Positions 39,190 through 53,301 of a stretch of DNA of 64,000 bases are shown in pieces. The stretch is from Camelus ferus (Eukaryota). How positions within the stretch are numbered: the stretch's first letter is position 1; every line of letters starts with the position of its first letter. Below the pieces are notes generated by a model that was not told the DNA's origin, searched no databases, and saw nothing but the letters and a program-made list of their open reading frames with translations. The stretch spans positions 28,212,001 to 28,276,000 of the forward strand of contig NC_045696.1 of NCBI RefSeq assembly GCF_009834535.1, in the 5' to 3' direction. Made by a program: the position numbers and the translations under genes.

Positions 39190-39505
39190 ATCCTTAGACT
39201 ATAATGAGCCCTCTGTTGGATGTAGTATTGTATATATTATTTCTTACTCTGTGCCTTTTTTTAACTCTGTTAATCAAGGCCTTTGAAGATCAGAAGTTCT
39301 AAATCAAATGCAGTCCAGTTCATCAATTTTTTTTCTTTATAGTTAGTGTTTTTGTGTCATGTTTGGAAATTTTTGCCTATTACAACATGAGAAGTTCTCT
39401 TATTTTGCTTCGAAAGCTTTTTTTTTTTTTTTACCTTTTTCAGTTAGATCTGCAACCCATCTGTAATTGATTGTTGTGCCCAATGTGAGGTAGATATCAA
39501 GATGT
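39190..39505 (-). mobile_element. Old L1 fragment
   Basis: Antisense ORF2 motifs (cagaagttctaaat, ttatagttagtgtttttgtgtc). Confidence 0.6.
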
Positions 39506-40034
39506 GATGGATAATTAATTTTAGAAGAGGAGTGAGCAAGTTAAGGGAATGGTAATGCAGATGATCACTGAAACCATTTAGATACTGAACTAAAAATAAA
39601 GAAGAGACCCAAGGCTGAAGAAGATAATTGAATTATTCTATAACCACTATCAGATGATAAGGAATGAAAATATTAGCTATGATGATAATAATAATATTAT
39701 ATATAACATATGTAATAATACACATAAATAATATACATGGCAAATATCAAGAAATTTGAGACACAAAAATTTGATAAATTTTAGTGTGCTATGTCATCTT
39801 TCAGAGCAAAGAATAAATAAATTAAAAAACAAAAATACATAGTGATTCCAAGGTTCCAATGAATTTTATAAACTTTTCTTAATTTCAGTAACCAGTATCT
39901 CTTAGTCAAGAGAAACACATATCTGAATTTCAGAAGCTTCTCAGCTTAAAAAATATTTTGTTAAAATGTATTTTTTTATTAAAATCTGAAGACTTAAAAC
40001 TAATAAGATACATGTAAATAAGTCCTTAATAAAA

Positions 40035-40086
40035 TTATTTCCCCAGCTATACCCATGTGTGTGTGTGTGTGTCTGTGTGTGTGTGT
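40035..40086. repeat. (TG)n microsatellite
   Basis: Visible directly. Confidence 0.9.
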
Positions 40087-40269
40087 AAGAGGTTGCTAAT
40101 GGAGGTGTGGAAGAATTTTGGATGTTTTATTTATTTTTCCTTTTTCCTTTTTATTATTGCTTGATTTTTAAAAATAAAGATTATATATTATTTTTAAAAA
40201 TCGGTAAAGCTATTATTCAATAAATGAGTTTACATAATTAATGGATTTGTGTCCTGATGTTACCTAAAC

Positions 40270-40655
40270 TTTACTAAGTGAAATAAGCCAGAAAGAGAAA
40301 GAAAAATACCATATGGTATCACTTATATGAGGAACCTAAAAATATGACACAAATGAACATATTTACAAAACAGAAACAAACTCACAGACATAGAGAACAA
40401 ACTTATGGTTATGGGGGGAAAGGGGGAGTGAAGGGATAAATTGAGAGCTGGAAATCTGCAGATACTAACTACTATATATAAAATAGATAAACAACAAGGA
40501 CGTACTGTATAGCACAGGGAACTATATTTAATACCTTGTAATAGCCTATAATAAAAAAGAATATGAAAAGGAAAAAAGTATATATATATGTATAACTGAA
40601 TTACTATGCTGTACACCAGAAACATAACATTGTAAATGGACTATAATTCAATAAA
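40270..40655 (+). mobile_element. L1 3'UTR fragment
   Basis: ctaagtgaaataagccaga...tactgtatagcacagggaac...caataaa. Confidence 0.85.
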
Positions 40656-41076
40656 GAATCTAAATATTTCTATTTTATTTTGATAATTATAAATTACAAA
40701 TCATAATTTTATAACAAAAATTACAGGTCTAAATATTGTATAGATTCTTTAATTACTATAGTAAATAAATTACTTGCGATTATTGATGTCTCATTATAAT
40801 TATTTTTTTCCTTATTTGTAATATTAATTTTCAAATTTAAAATAGTTTTTCTTTACACTTATAACACAATTGTCAGATGATACTGATGTTTATTATATTG
40901 ATGACAGAACTGATCTTTGGATAAAAGTAAATACAAATCTATCCTCCCCTAACTTTCTCTAACTAAAAAAATAAAATAATATAGTAGGAAGAATTGGATA
41001 CATATTAAAGTAACTATAATAGAAAGCACATATTAGTGGATTAGAGGAAAAATAGTAAAAATGGGTCATTTGTTTT

Positions 41077-42479
41077 ATACAATGGAATAAAGACAGTCTC
41101 TTCAGCAAATGGTGCTGGGAAAACTGGACAGCAGCATGTAAATCAATGAAGCTAGAACACTCCCTTACACCATACACAAAAATAAACTCAAAATGGATCA
41201 AAGACTTAAACATAAGACAAGATACAATAAACCTCCTAGAAGAAAATACAGGCAAAACATTATCTCACATACATCGCAAAAATGTTCTTCTAGGGCAGTG
41301 TACCCAAGCAATAGAAATAAAAGCAAGAATAAACAAATGGGACCTAATGAAACTTACAAGCTTCTGCACAGCAAAGGAAACCATAAACAAAATGACAAAC
41401 TATGGAATGGGAGAAAATTTTTTCAAACGACTAAACCGACAAAGGCTTGATCTCCAGAATATATAAGCAGCTCGTACGACTTTATAAGAAAAAAAAAACA
41501 ACGCAATCCAAAAATGGACAGAAGACCTAAACAAGCAGTTCTCCAAGGAAGACACACAAATGATCAATAGGCACATGAAAAAATGCTCTATATCACTAAT
41601 TATCAGAGAAATGCAAATCAAAACTACGATGAGGTATCACCTCACACCAGTCAGAATGGCCATCATTCAAAAGTCCACAAATGACAAATGCTGGAGAGGC
41701 TGTAGAGAAAAGGGAACCCTCCTACACTGCTGGTGGGAATGCAGGTCTGGTGCAGCCACCGTGGAAGACAGTATAGAGATTCCTCAAAAGACTAGGAATA
41801 GACTTACCATATGAGCCAGGAATCCCACTCCTGGTCATATATCCAGAAGGAACCCTACTTCAAAAAGGCACCTGCGCCCCAGTGTTCATAGCAGCACTAT
41901 TTACAATAGCCAAGACATGGAAACAGTGTAAATGTCCATCAACAGGTGACTGGATAAAGAAGAGGTGGTATATTTATACAATGGAATACTACTCAGCCAT
42001 AAAAACCAACAACATAATGCCATTTGCAGCAACATGGATGTTACTGGAGAATGTCATTCTAAGTGAAGTAAACCAGAAAGAGAAAGAAAAATACCATATG
42101 AGATTACTCTTATGCGGAATCTAAAAAAAGAAGAAGAAGAAGAAGAAGAACATAAATACAAAACAGGAACAGACTCATAGGCATAGAATAAAAATTTATG
42201 GTTGCCAAGGGGGCAGGAGGTGGGAAGGAACAGACTGGGAGTTCAAAATTTGTAGATACTGACAGGCATATGCAGAACAGATAAACAAGATTCTACTGTA
42301 TAGCACAGGGAAATATATACAAGATCTTGTGGTAGCTCACAGTGAAAAAAAAAAATGTGACAATGAATATATATGTATGTTCATGTATAACTGAAAAATT
42401 GTGCTCCACACTGGAATTTGACACAACATTGTAAAATCACTATAACTCAATTAAAAAAATGTTAAAAAAAAAAAAAAAA
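41077..42479 (+). mobile_element. Young 5'-truncated L1
   Basis: ORF2 peptides at 41146-42124, 3'UTR and long poly(A); no TSD found. Confidence 0.95.
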
Positions 42480-43029
42480 GACTAGAAGTGGTGAAGGATT
42501 CTGGAAAATTAGGTTTATCTGAATTGTTTAAGGTCTTGATTTTTTAAATAAGGGTCTAGTGCTTGATTCATATATATAAGGAATCCATCAAAGATTTTAA
42601 ATGCTTAAATAAAGTTTATTGAAATTAATCTGACTGCTGTACATAGTATAAGTAAAGAGAGGGAGAGATTAAATAGAGGGGTACTGGTAAGAAGCCATCA
42701 CAGTTGCAAAGTAATTAGTCCTGCACTAATTTGATATCATTGGAGTGGGAAGGATGGAACAACCAATGTTAACAATATGTAGAGATAACATCCAATGAAG
42801 CAGGTTGTTGGTTGAAAGTAGATTGTAAGAAGAAGGAATCAGTCAAAAGTAAATGTCTTGTGTTCAATTCTAGATGCACACAAAACAGAGAATGCAGAAA
42901 GGGAGCCCAGTACAGGGAACTCAGGAAAAAGAGGTAGGGTTGTTTTCAGGTAGAGAAGGGGCAATAGGCTCCTATATTTCAAAGGCCAGTGAAACAAACA
43001 AGGGGCTGTTTTTTTTCTTCTTCTTCTTC

Positions 43030-44095
43030 TTTGCTGCTTCTTATTTACTTATTTTTGCAGTCTGGTGTCATTTGTTTTAGAAAATTTCCCACATTCTGGA
43101 TTTGGTAAATTACACCCCTGTAGTAAACCATTATTACTTTTTTAATCCCAAATTTTCTATGTAAAGTAGTTGAATCTCGGAAAGTGCTTAGATTCAAGTT
43201 CTTCACCTCCTTCTCCTCTACCTCCCCCTCTGTATTCTACAAGAATACTTTATAGATGAGCTTTTTGGTTTATTTTTCTTCACAGTAAGACATAAAATTT
43301 ATGGATGTTTCACTTTTACATTTGGATGTTTTGTGTCATTTGATGTGAAATTGATCAGTAGATCCAGTTCTCATGTGCCAGTTCATTTGTGATAAAATTT
43401 TCCATTACTCTTCCACCCAATGGTTTCATTTTTCTTTGATGATATTACCTAGATACATTATTTCAGATAGTTTGTTGTTGTTATTATTTGTTTTATTTTG
43501 TTTTGTCTTAGTTCTACCACTTCTTTCATATTTATTATTTGGAATTCTTCTCTAAAGAAAGTTTTTCTCTCATCTCAATTACTTGGGTATAGTAAAATAC
43601 AGGACAAACAGGAGGAGCAGGATAAATTTTTATTCTTTCTACTTACTTACTAATTTTCAGAATACAGTCAGGTTATAACAATCTTCAAAGTTGACCAGTA
43701 ACATACTTTATTAACTCAAGGATTTAAAAAATAGAGTCATTGATATGTTTAAATTTAATGCATACATTCCTTTTGATGCTCAAACTATTGCACCTTTGGT
43801 CAAAGAGGGCTATTTCAAGATGACTTTTGTGTCCTTTAATCTTCAGTAGTAATTCATAGCTTTCTTGTTTTCTGGAATGAAAATTTATTTCTTATCATGG
43901 AGTCCTGATTTATTTTAGTGAGTATTTTATTTGGATTGCACAATCTAGGTGTCCAGGTACCAGAAAGTCTCATTGCTACTAAATATTTTATTTCTCCTTC
44001 TAGCCCTTTTCAGTATATAATTGGGAAATATATTTTTTTCTAAGAAAGGGAAAATTAATGAGTTTTTACTGATTTTTATAAGTCAAATTAAGGAT
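43030..44095 (-). mobile_element. Old L1 (L1MC-like) 3' fragments
   Basis: Decayed motifs such as ttttgatgctcaaactattgcacctttggtca. Confidence 0.5.
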
Positions 44096-44105
44096 TATGT
44101 GACAA

Positions 44106-44188
44106 ATCTATCTATCCGCCTACCTACCTACCTACCTACCTACCTATTTATCTACCTATTAATCATTTATCTATCTGCCTACCTATCC
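44106..44188. repeat. (TCTA/CCTA)n tetranucleotide repeat
   Basis: Visible directly. Confidence 0.85.
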
Positions 44189-45653
44189 AGATTCACTTGT
44201 TTCAGTTAGCCTTTAACTTCAAAGGAGTTTTTACTTTTATACCTAATTTAGTTTTCAAATTAAATACTCAAACAAACAAAACACAAGGAAAAAGGTACAA
44301 TCAAGAAGGTTGCAAAATTGTGGACCATAAATTCAGAAACCACAGAAAAAATACATTAATGATCATTTTTATTATTTACAGATTAAATCACCAAGAGCAG
44401 TTCTTGTGGGATATGTTAAAAGTGTAAGTTATTCAGTGAAAACACATTGAATATAACAAGTATTGTAATGTAATACCAAAAAAGCACTTATTATGTACAT
44501 TCGCTTATGTTTCCAAACTTTATTGTTATGCTGTAGTTAGGTCAGGGATTTTTGTAGTGTAGTGTCTATAGAATTCATATTTTAAGGCTCCTAACTGGTT
44601 ATTTCTCCCAATTTTTTGCACTCCCTTTCCATCTCTGACCTTGTGTCCCTTTCCTCGGCATAACTCTCCACTTGCTTATGTCTCATAGTAAAAGTCAAAA
44701 TACTTACTATGCTCTGCTGGTTTGTATATGATCAGCTCTTCCCAAGCCCTCTAATTCATAGTCCTCATTGCTTATTACTAACTACCACACTCTGTCCACA
44801 TTGACCTTCATTTCTAATTGCTAAGTATGCCAACCACATCCCAGTCTCAGTGCACAAAGCTGGGTTTTGATGGAGACTGGGGAGATGATGGAAATTTTTT
44901 ATCACCTAGTGTTGTAGATCTTATCTTTGATTCCTTTCGCTTATTTGTGTTTTGTTATTTGCTTAAGTTATTCTATTTTCTCTGCCTTCCTGGTCAAGTA
45001 AACTACAAAATTGTTAGAATCAGTTCCTAGAAATATGATGATCTGTTTTTTTGTGAGTAGTTCCTCTACTATTATTTATTGAGTGGAAGTAGATGAGTTT
45101 ATAAAATTTCACAAGATATCAAAGAATTTTATAGGAGGATGAGATTTCTTATATATAATCCGACAACTTTATTGGATCCCTGATCTGTGTTTTAGGTAAG
45201 ACCTGCCTTTAGGGAGCAGGGAAAAGAGGACCCAGGAAACAGTTACGAAGAGAGCTTTCAGAAAGATAGGAGGGGCCCAAAGGAAAATGGTTTCAGTATA
45301 TCAGAAAATGAAAGAAGAAACACTTTTCTTCAAAGAAGACATCAGTAGTAGTAGTTACTTCAGAAGGCGGAGGAACTGAGAAAAGTTATTGGCTTAATTT
45401 GGAGTAATAGAATAATAAAAATGGAGTCAGAAATCAGTATGATGCTGTCCAACGTATTACTGAATAACGTTGAACATTAACATGCAGTGGCTGTCTCTCA
45501 CAATTTTATTTATATTGCATTCATTTTAATAGTGTTTAACGCAGTCAGAAGATGAAAACAGAGATTGTCTTATATGAATGGCATTTTTCATTGAAGTTTT
45601 ATTCTCAGGTTGAATTGAATTATAAGCCATGTCTAAACACATTAAACTCAAAC

Positions 45654-45911
45654 CTTAACTAGGTGTGACTTGCATAAACTGAGACAATTCAGAAAGCGTT
45701 TTTAAACATAGCTTTAAAGTAAACATATTAACTTGATAAATGTGATTAAATGTTCGCTATCCAGATTCATTCTGGAAAACTTTCCATTTAAAATAAGCAT
45801 CTACAGCATTATTCATTATACTCAGAAGCATTAAATTAATGCCTCTTTTCAAAAATTTCAGATAGAAGAATTCTAAATACTGACTTTGGATTAGAAGTAT
45901 GATGCAATATC
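45654..45911 (-). pseudogene. RGSL1-like pseudo-exon 5
   Basis: CLF*MESFPE*IWIANI*SH, compared with recalled ALFKLQSYWLPNFYTH. Acceptor apparently CAG>CTG; donor AAG|gtttga. Confidence 0.68.
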
Positions 45912-46269
45912 CAGCAAAACATAAGAATATATAAAATTTAGATTTTAAAACATTTAAATTATATCCCATAATTAGTGAACAAATTTACTGTATACATTTG
46001 AAATGTCAAGTATTTGCATGATGTTGAGAATCTATTTCAGCTATCACCACCCAATTTTTTTAATGTAAGATTAAAATGAATTAACTTGTTTTTACATTTT
46101 AGGAACACATATAATGCTTCAGATTATCTTTTAAAAACATATTATGGTTAATGATTTTATTATAATTATCGATGAATTATAAATTTTTATATTGAGTATT
46201 TTTCAAATAAAAAATGTGTTTATTTTGAAAAAGAAACATTAGATAACCACTTTTAATATTTTGCAATAA

Positions 46270-48420
46270 CTAATTCTGAATCTCCCATCACTTTAATACC
46301 GAACATAAAATTTTATACACTGACTTTAAAAATTAAACTTGTTTAATCATATTTCCACATTAGGAATTGTGCTCTTACAATCTCTGTTTAATGGCTGTAT
46401 GGTACACCACTGGATGGATATAGAATAATTTTTTTAGCCAATCATTAAATATTGTTGTTTATCAATGATGGAAAAAAAGGTTTCATGGTATATCCTTGTA
46501 ATCATATCTTTGTTTATACTATGGTTTCTTCACAATAATATCTAGAAGAGAATTTCAGGACTAAAGTTTATTTGCCTCTTTAAGATGTATGTTGCATAAA
46601 TTGTTCTTAAGAAGTTTTATTTGCAGTGTGTAAGGATTTGTCTACTCCTTTCTCTTTGACATCACTGCATAGTACTATTTAAGTATGAAACCCAGGTATA
46701 ATAGTCAACTATTGCACAACAGTGAATTTTAACAAACTTCCTTTATTTATTTGCTCACAGCATTGATTCACTCTGCGGGCCAGTGAGACTGGCTGCAGGC
46801 TTCTTTCTGGTCTAGGTCTACTTCACATCTCTCTTCCTCCTTCTTGGGCACTAAGTTAACTGGACATGTCCTTCTCATTCATGACCACCAGACTGCGCAT
46901 GGACTAAAAAGAACACCTGATGTCCCCAGGCCTTGGCTGTGAACTAATTTATGATGTGCTGTGCCCCTGTCAATATCTTATTGAGCACAAGTCATATGGC
47001 AAAGCCAGAGGAAAGTGGCTGGAAAAAGAAAAGTGGTGGGAAAAGAAATTCATTCTGCCCAAGGACAAGTAGTGTCGTTTGCTGAATAATTTGAACTGTT
47101 ACTTTTAGTAAAACATTATTGATTCAGTTTGCATTATTTTATCATTAAATGTCAGTATTTGGAGACATTTATCTTTTCGGTGAATAGTCCATCTATGATT
47201 TAGAAGCTTAAAAACTGTACGTATTCTCAGGCTACAAAACTTTATTCTTTAGGATTTCTGACACTGATGTAATTTTTATCAGCTACTTCCTCATCAGTAT
47301 GCTACATAAATATTTACTTATAATTTTTCTTGTTTCATAAAAATTATATATTGCTGAAGTTGCATAATATATGTTTAAACACTAACTTTATCTGAACCTG
47401 TTTTGGTATATGTGGGAAGCTGGTTTAAAAAATTACCAGTTGTATTAATTTATTAAATATTTATTTAATTTATTATTTATTTATTTGATTGATACATTGA
47501 ATAATTGAGACTATCCACTACACTTTTGTTAGTTTTATTTTATTAAAAACAATGTCATGCCTATTATTGCTGTCTGCATTTTTGTTTCTTATTCCTCATG
47601 ATCACAGTAGCCAGAAGTTGAACTATTGCACTGGTCAACACAACTACTTCTTGTGTAAATTTAGAAATTCTACCTTCTTTTCTTCCCTCTTTTCTCTTTA
47701 ATCAATTAATTCTAATCCCTATGTACAATAAATGTTTTTGTCATTGTTAGTTCTTTCACCTCATGATTCTTACTTGTTTTTATAGCTTCTTGAACACAGT
47801 GCTTAAGTAATTTTTACTCATTTTAAATATAAGCAGATTTAATATTATGAATATTCCCTATGATGTTGGTCGTTTCTGAGAAATATTAGCAATAGAGCAT
47901 CTGTGGTCATTAATACCTAAATCTTTTACATGTAGTTTGGCTTTCTTTTTAAATCAGAAATTATTTAGACCATAGCCATCAACCATGTATGACCTTGATT
48001 TTAATTATTATGCTTAGTATATTTTTGAGTTAGAATTATGTTTGCATTTAGTCTCAGTGAATTGGTTTTTGTCATCTTACATTTGATTTGTTCTGTGACT
48101 CAAAAGATATTTTCAAGAGTACTCTTGTTTTTGAATTTGTAAGTTGCTAAAATTGTTGGTCTTACTTTTGTTACTTAATTCTGATGTTTGTGTGATATTA
48201 TCAGAGAATGTGGCTTGTAATACTTCTATGAAAGTTGTTTGAATTTTCTTTGTGGTAAATTACCTTATCAGATTTTGTAAAGGTATAATATGTAGACTTT
48301 CTATAAACATGTGTATTTTCTATTTTTGTATGCAGATTTGTCTATGGACCTAATTTTTTGTCATTTTATTCCAACCCTGTATCTTTATTTACATGCAATT
48401 TACTAGATTATTTTGCATTT
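46270..48420 (-). mobile_element. Very old L1M fragments with a nested MaLR (MLT1) LTR at about 46660-47090
   Basis: T-rich antisense L1 motifs interrupted by MLT-like sequence (tttatttgctcacagc...caagtcatatggcaaagcc). Confidence 0.5.
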
Positions 48421-48790
48421 GGATAGAGGAGCATTGACAGCCATTGGACGGTCCTTATTTGGGGCATAAGTTGAGATTGCGCTTTCCTACCCTCTTGAAA
48501 TTAGACCTGCCCAGGTCACCTGCTCTGAACAATGAAATATTAGGGAAAGTGATATGTGTCACTCATTTCTAGTTAAAAATTTTAATTGCTAAAACTTAAT
48601 TCCTATATTTCTTTCTAATATGATGATGCTGGAAGAATAAAAGGAGATTGAACTCTCAGCCCAGAAGCTTTTGTGACTACAGTGAGCGGAGGCTCTTGCC
48701 AACCCTTGTTGGATAAGTGGCAGGAGAAAGAAATAAATCTTTGTGGTTTTAAGGCATTACATTTTTGAGGTTATTGGTCTCCAAAGCAAT
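48420..48790. mobile_element. MaLR LTR (MLT1-like)
   Basis: ttgaaattagacc...gagaaagaaataaatctttgtggttttaagg. Confidence 0.6.
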
Positions 48791-49217
48791 TTTTATTCTT
48801 GTCCACTGAAATCTTGCCTTCAGTTTTAAAATATTGGCATCTAATCAAGTTTAAAATAAAACAACTGAAGGGGAACATAAGGCAGCTAGAGCAAAGATAG
48901 TTGTGGGCCAAATTTGATCCATTTACCATCCGATAAATATCTCTGTATCATCTTTTCCCACTATGATTGATATTTTGCCAGCTTCTCTTTGAATTTCTAA
49001 TAGGTATATTTTATTTATTTTTACGCCAAAGTTTTTGTTGGTTAAGTTTTCAATGTATATTTATTAAAATATACTGATTCTTCGGCCAAGGAGGTTGCAA
49101 AGCACAGAGTGTTTAGATATGAGAAACATACAATCTGTAATGGAAGATAAACATATTTGTATATGTAACTTGCATATATGTATATAAAAGGTATGTTTTT
49201 TATATATATATGTGTAT

Positions 49218-49571
49218 TATTGAAATAAATTTCTAGTTCTAAGGTGGCACTGCTGTTGCCTGGGGTCTAAACCCAAACTGAAATAGCTTTCGTGTCCCCT
49301 GTAAATGCTCCCCTTGACCAGAAACGCAGTACATCCAGTCTGCCAATCCACAAACACCACTGACAGCTCTAGGCTTTATACTTAGTTCTCTGTTCCTTAT
49401 TCGTTTTCTATTTTTCTCTTCCTGGTTCCTTATTCTTTATCCTGTAAAAGCTTCCTGCCTTCCTCCTGATTTTGCTGTGTCTGAACCTCTGAGAACAGAG
49501 ACTGCCTACTTCATGCAGTGTTTCATAAATTTTCTTTATATCGCCTATATTGTCTTTAATCACTTTTAACA
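49218..49571 (+). mobile_element. Probable ERV solo LTR inside a TA-rich tract
   Basis: Non-AT-rich block with CCAAT, a TATA-like ctgtaaaagc and an ...aca end; the 5' boundary is uncertain. Confidence 0.45.
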
Positions 49572-49734
49572 ATAGATATACATGTTATATGTGTAGGACA
49601 CATATATATGGCAGCTTTTCTTTATATTATTTCCAGCCAATCAATTCTCAAATAAACAGTTTTTTTTTCAATCTGTATGTGAAATATCTATTCAAATAAA
49701 TAATAAGAGCATTTATTTAAATAATAATGTAAAT

Positions 49735-49969
49735 AACTTGGAATAAATTGGGGGTTTGGGTTTAACATATACACACTACTATATATAAAATAGATAAACA
49801 ACAAGGGCCTACTGTATAGCACAGGGAATTATATTCAGTATCTTATAATAACCTATAATGGAAAATAATCTGAAACAGAATATACATATATGTATAACTG
49901 AAATCTCTTTGCTATACACCTGAAACTAACACAACATTGTAAACCAACTATACTTTAATTAAAAAAAAG
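49735..49969 (+). mobile_element. Short L1 3' end
   Basis: L1 3'UTR with A tail; TSD aataatgtaaat at 49723-49734 and 49970-49981. Confidence 0.85.
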
Positions 49970-50432
49970 AATAATGTAAATGAATGAGGAAAAATACATT
50001 TATTAAATGCCTCTCTGTAAGTAGGTACTCTTAAACATTATGCAAGCAAGAATCAATTGGATACTTCTAAAATTCTAATGAAATATGTACCCCATTGCTA
50101 TCCCCATTTAGCAAGTAAAAAAAAAAATGAACTAAATATCAGAGATGTAAAAGGTCATATAGTGGATGAAGGAAGTGGCCTTGAAACCAATCTGTCTGAA
50201 TTTGAAACCCACACAGACTCATTCTCCACTTGATCCCAGCCCTCACTTCACAAAGGCCTGAAAGCAAAGCCGATGGGCATGTGCTGTCAGGGTGGGGATG
50301 ACAGTGTGGGGATGGCAGTCATTGGGAGGCTTGTGCCAGGAGATCTCACTGCTCTATAAGCCCCATTCCTGGTCACTTTCTCAGCTCACTGATCTCTGCT
50401 AGTTGACTCTTAGAATTGTCATCCCTGGATAT

Positions 50433-50886
50433 TGTCAACTGAAACAAACAAACAAAAAACACAACGTTGAGAGTTGTGAGTTAAGTTTTACTGGGGGTAA
50501 AATGAGGATTATGGCTCTGAGGATCTGCTCCGAGGAGATAGAAGGGAATATCAGTATTCTCTATGATTTTAGTGAAGGTGGGCATGTCCACTCAAGTACA
50601 CATTTAGGCAGAGGCTTGCTGCTAGTCTCAAGGAGCAAATGTCACCGTTAATGATTTTAGCATATTTCTAGATATAAGGAGATGCAAGATTTGGGGCCCC
50701 TAAAATTTCCTAAAAATGTCAAACTATCTGCAGGCCTGTTCTGCCAGTTTTCCCAGAGCCCAGAGCACCATCATTCCTGATCTCCACCCTCTACTCCTTT
50801 CAGGGTGTGTTGAAGGTCAGTGGCTGCAGTGGCTCATGATTTAATCCTTGTAGAGGTAGATGGCAAGTGGCAGTTTTTAGCTAACA
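50433..50886 (-). mobile_element. ERV1-like solo LTR
   Basis: TG...CA termini, near-TSD atat/ttat, ERV LTR-like body. Confidence 0.7.
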
Positions 50887-51635
50887 TTATCAACCTTTGG
50901 TAGGCTTTTTGCTTGTTTTCACTTTCTCCAAATCTGTCCCTAAAGAGTCACACATCATAGGCAGTCACTTCATTTCTCTAGATCAGGGTTGTCAGTAGCC
51001 AACTAAAAAATTTAGACTCAAGTTTTTTATAATAAGGTACATTATTTGATAAAGATTACATTTTTCTAAAAAATAATAAGAGATAACCCAGAACTCACAG
51101 TATTAGCAGACACACTGCTGATTTTTCACAAATAATTGCATTGAATGCTCAGATTTTTACTTTTTCTAAGAGATGCTATTATTAACTCATTTTTTTCAGA
51201 TGAAGAAGCAAGGCTTCAGGCACTTTTGTGTTTGGCTCAAAGTCATGCCACCAGTAAATGAGGAGCCTAGATTCAGACCCAGGATTGCAGTGAAATATTT
51301 ATTTCTCAGTGAAGTATGCATTGCAGGGTTGGTAGGAGGGACAATTTAGAATAGTAAATAGCATTGACATCTATGCTGCATTTACTTTCTCTTTCTTAGT
51401 TATCTTTACATATATTTTTAAAACCATAGAACACGTACTACCATCAAGCCTGTTTCCTGCTCAAGTAACTCATTCCCCCTCAGTCCTCTTTCTTTCAGTT
51501 TTCAAAATCTGATTCCATTTTAAGTCGTTACCTCATCAGTTCTTCAAGGCCATTGCTCCATTTCCTACTCTCTATCTTCCCCATCCTTTATTTACCTACA
51601 CTTCTCTCCTCCCTTCTTTTATTGCATGTCTTCTC

Positions 51636-51871
51636 CCTGCAGCCGAAAGCTAATTACAGGTTGTATGATCACTGGTCATTGTGCACATTTTTAAGTACTG
51701 TATAGATATATTTCAGGATCTAAGGATTGTTTAAAGAGTTTGCATTTTATTCTACTGACTCTTATAGATTAACTAATTCTTGAATGGACTCTGAATATTT
51801 GTAGCTCCAACTACTCTTATTCTGAAGATTTTCCAAAGTAACATTTGATCTGGGGTTACCATTGGCTAGTT
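51636..51871 (-). pseudogene. RGSL1-like pseudo-exon 4
   Basis: Acceptor ttctttctctttag|. PDQMLL / WSYKYSESIQELVNL*ESVE* / VLKNVHNDQ*S / PVISF, compared with recalled ADQWLL...GEELVDFWILAEN...MLRATHLQEGSRVVTL. The 3' boundary is approximate. Confidence 0.72.
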
Positions 51872-52519
51872 CTAAAGAGAAAGAACGCTCTTTAATCTTA
51901 CAGCTGAGGGTTTTTAGTTCACTTACTTAAAAAAAAATCTAATACATTGCAGTTGAAATAAGTACTAATTTCTTTGTCTAAACGTTGATTTGAAACGTCT
52001 TATTCTAAGGGATGTCAATGACTTTTTCTTGAAAAAAAGTTTAGAAAATTGGTGTTAAATATGGTTAGTGGTTTCTTTACTGCAGGACTCAGAGGTTTCA
52101 TTGTGTTAATATTTAAATGTACTTAAAATTTTTGTGGTCACATGATATCCATTAACATTTTGGGGGGGATGCCGATGATCCCAGGACACAGCTTGAGACA
52201 CCCAACTATTCTATCATCTTAAATCATTCCATATTATCTTAAAGTGGTCCAGGATTAAAGGAAATTTTATCTTCAAATCTGTGCAGATAAAAAATTATTT
52301 ACTGTGTTAGAATTTAATCCAAGCCACTTAGAAAACTTTTATTTGTTGCCTACTGTGTTTGTGGCACTGTGTAGGAGAAAATGAAGACCAAAACACAGAT
52401 CAAACACATTTTGAAAATAAGCTCTGAATCTTGTTTTCAGGATGCTTATCTACTAAGCCCATACGAGTCCTGCTCATAATGAAATGTGATAATGGTTTTC
52501 AAATTCAATACAAAATTAT

Positions 52520-52875
52520 TTGGTCCCAAAATGTGATGATTTTATGTTGTATCTGGCTCAATATTGTGTTTCGGAGATTTATCTATGTTGTTTATATTAG
52601 CAGTTTGCTTCTTTAATTGCTGTTTATTGTGTGAATATATCACTTCTTGATGTGTGTTTGTTGTCTCCAATTTGTGGCTAATATGAATAAAGCTGCTGTG
52701 AACATTTGTGTACAAAAAAAAAAAAAAAAAAGACATGAAAAGAACGTTTTTTTTCCCCTGCCTCAGAAAGTGCTGAATTTTTATGATAACTAAGTAAGTC
52801 TTGCTTAGTAAGTCTTGGTTTGGTTGATTCTTTACATTTGTGAATATATGCTTACTAGTGTCTCATTGTGATTTA
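52520..52875 (-). mobile_element. Old L1 3' fragment
   Basis: atgaataaagctgctgtgaacatttgtgtac. Confidence 0.65.
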
Positions 52876-53119
52876 GTAAACACTGACGGTCTACTAAACT
52901 ATTTAAATTTTAAAAAGCTAACATGGATGGAAAATAATAGTTGCTTTGGAAGAAGAAAAGAAGAGAGATGTGACAATGATGACCTTATTTTAAAGGGTTT
53001 GCAAATTTAACTAATTTTTTTTTTACCCTATTCATCTGAGTTTACAGGTTGGGACTACTCTTTAAAATAATTTCTAGTATCTCTGGTGATTTTTCTAAGC
53101 AGAGAAGAAAAATTCACAC

Positions 53120-53301
53120 CATTGTAAAGATATAACAGCTAGAAGGTACATAAATGTCTGAATGGTTTTATGACAGGCATTAACATCCTTAATAACTAAG
53201 TGGAATGAATCTGTAATGGACTGACTGATTAATAGGATGTTAATGGGTCCAATAGCTGCGTTGTGATGGAGTAATTCTGTACGGCTTATCTGGATTTGTA
53301 T
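53120..53301 (-). pseudogene. RGSL1-like pseudo-exon 3
   Basis: Acceptor ...ttctttgggatgcag|. KPYRITPSQRSYWTH*HPIN, then after a frameshift CHKTIQTFMYLL, compared with recalled TPFYTVENSQWSLWPEIPCN...FCKTNLCFHYIL. Confidence 0.75.
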
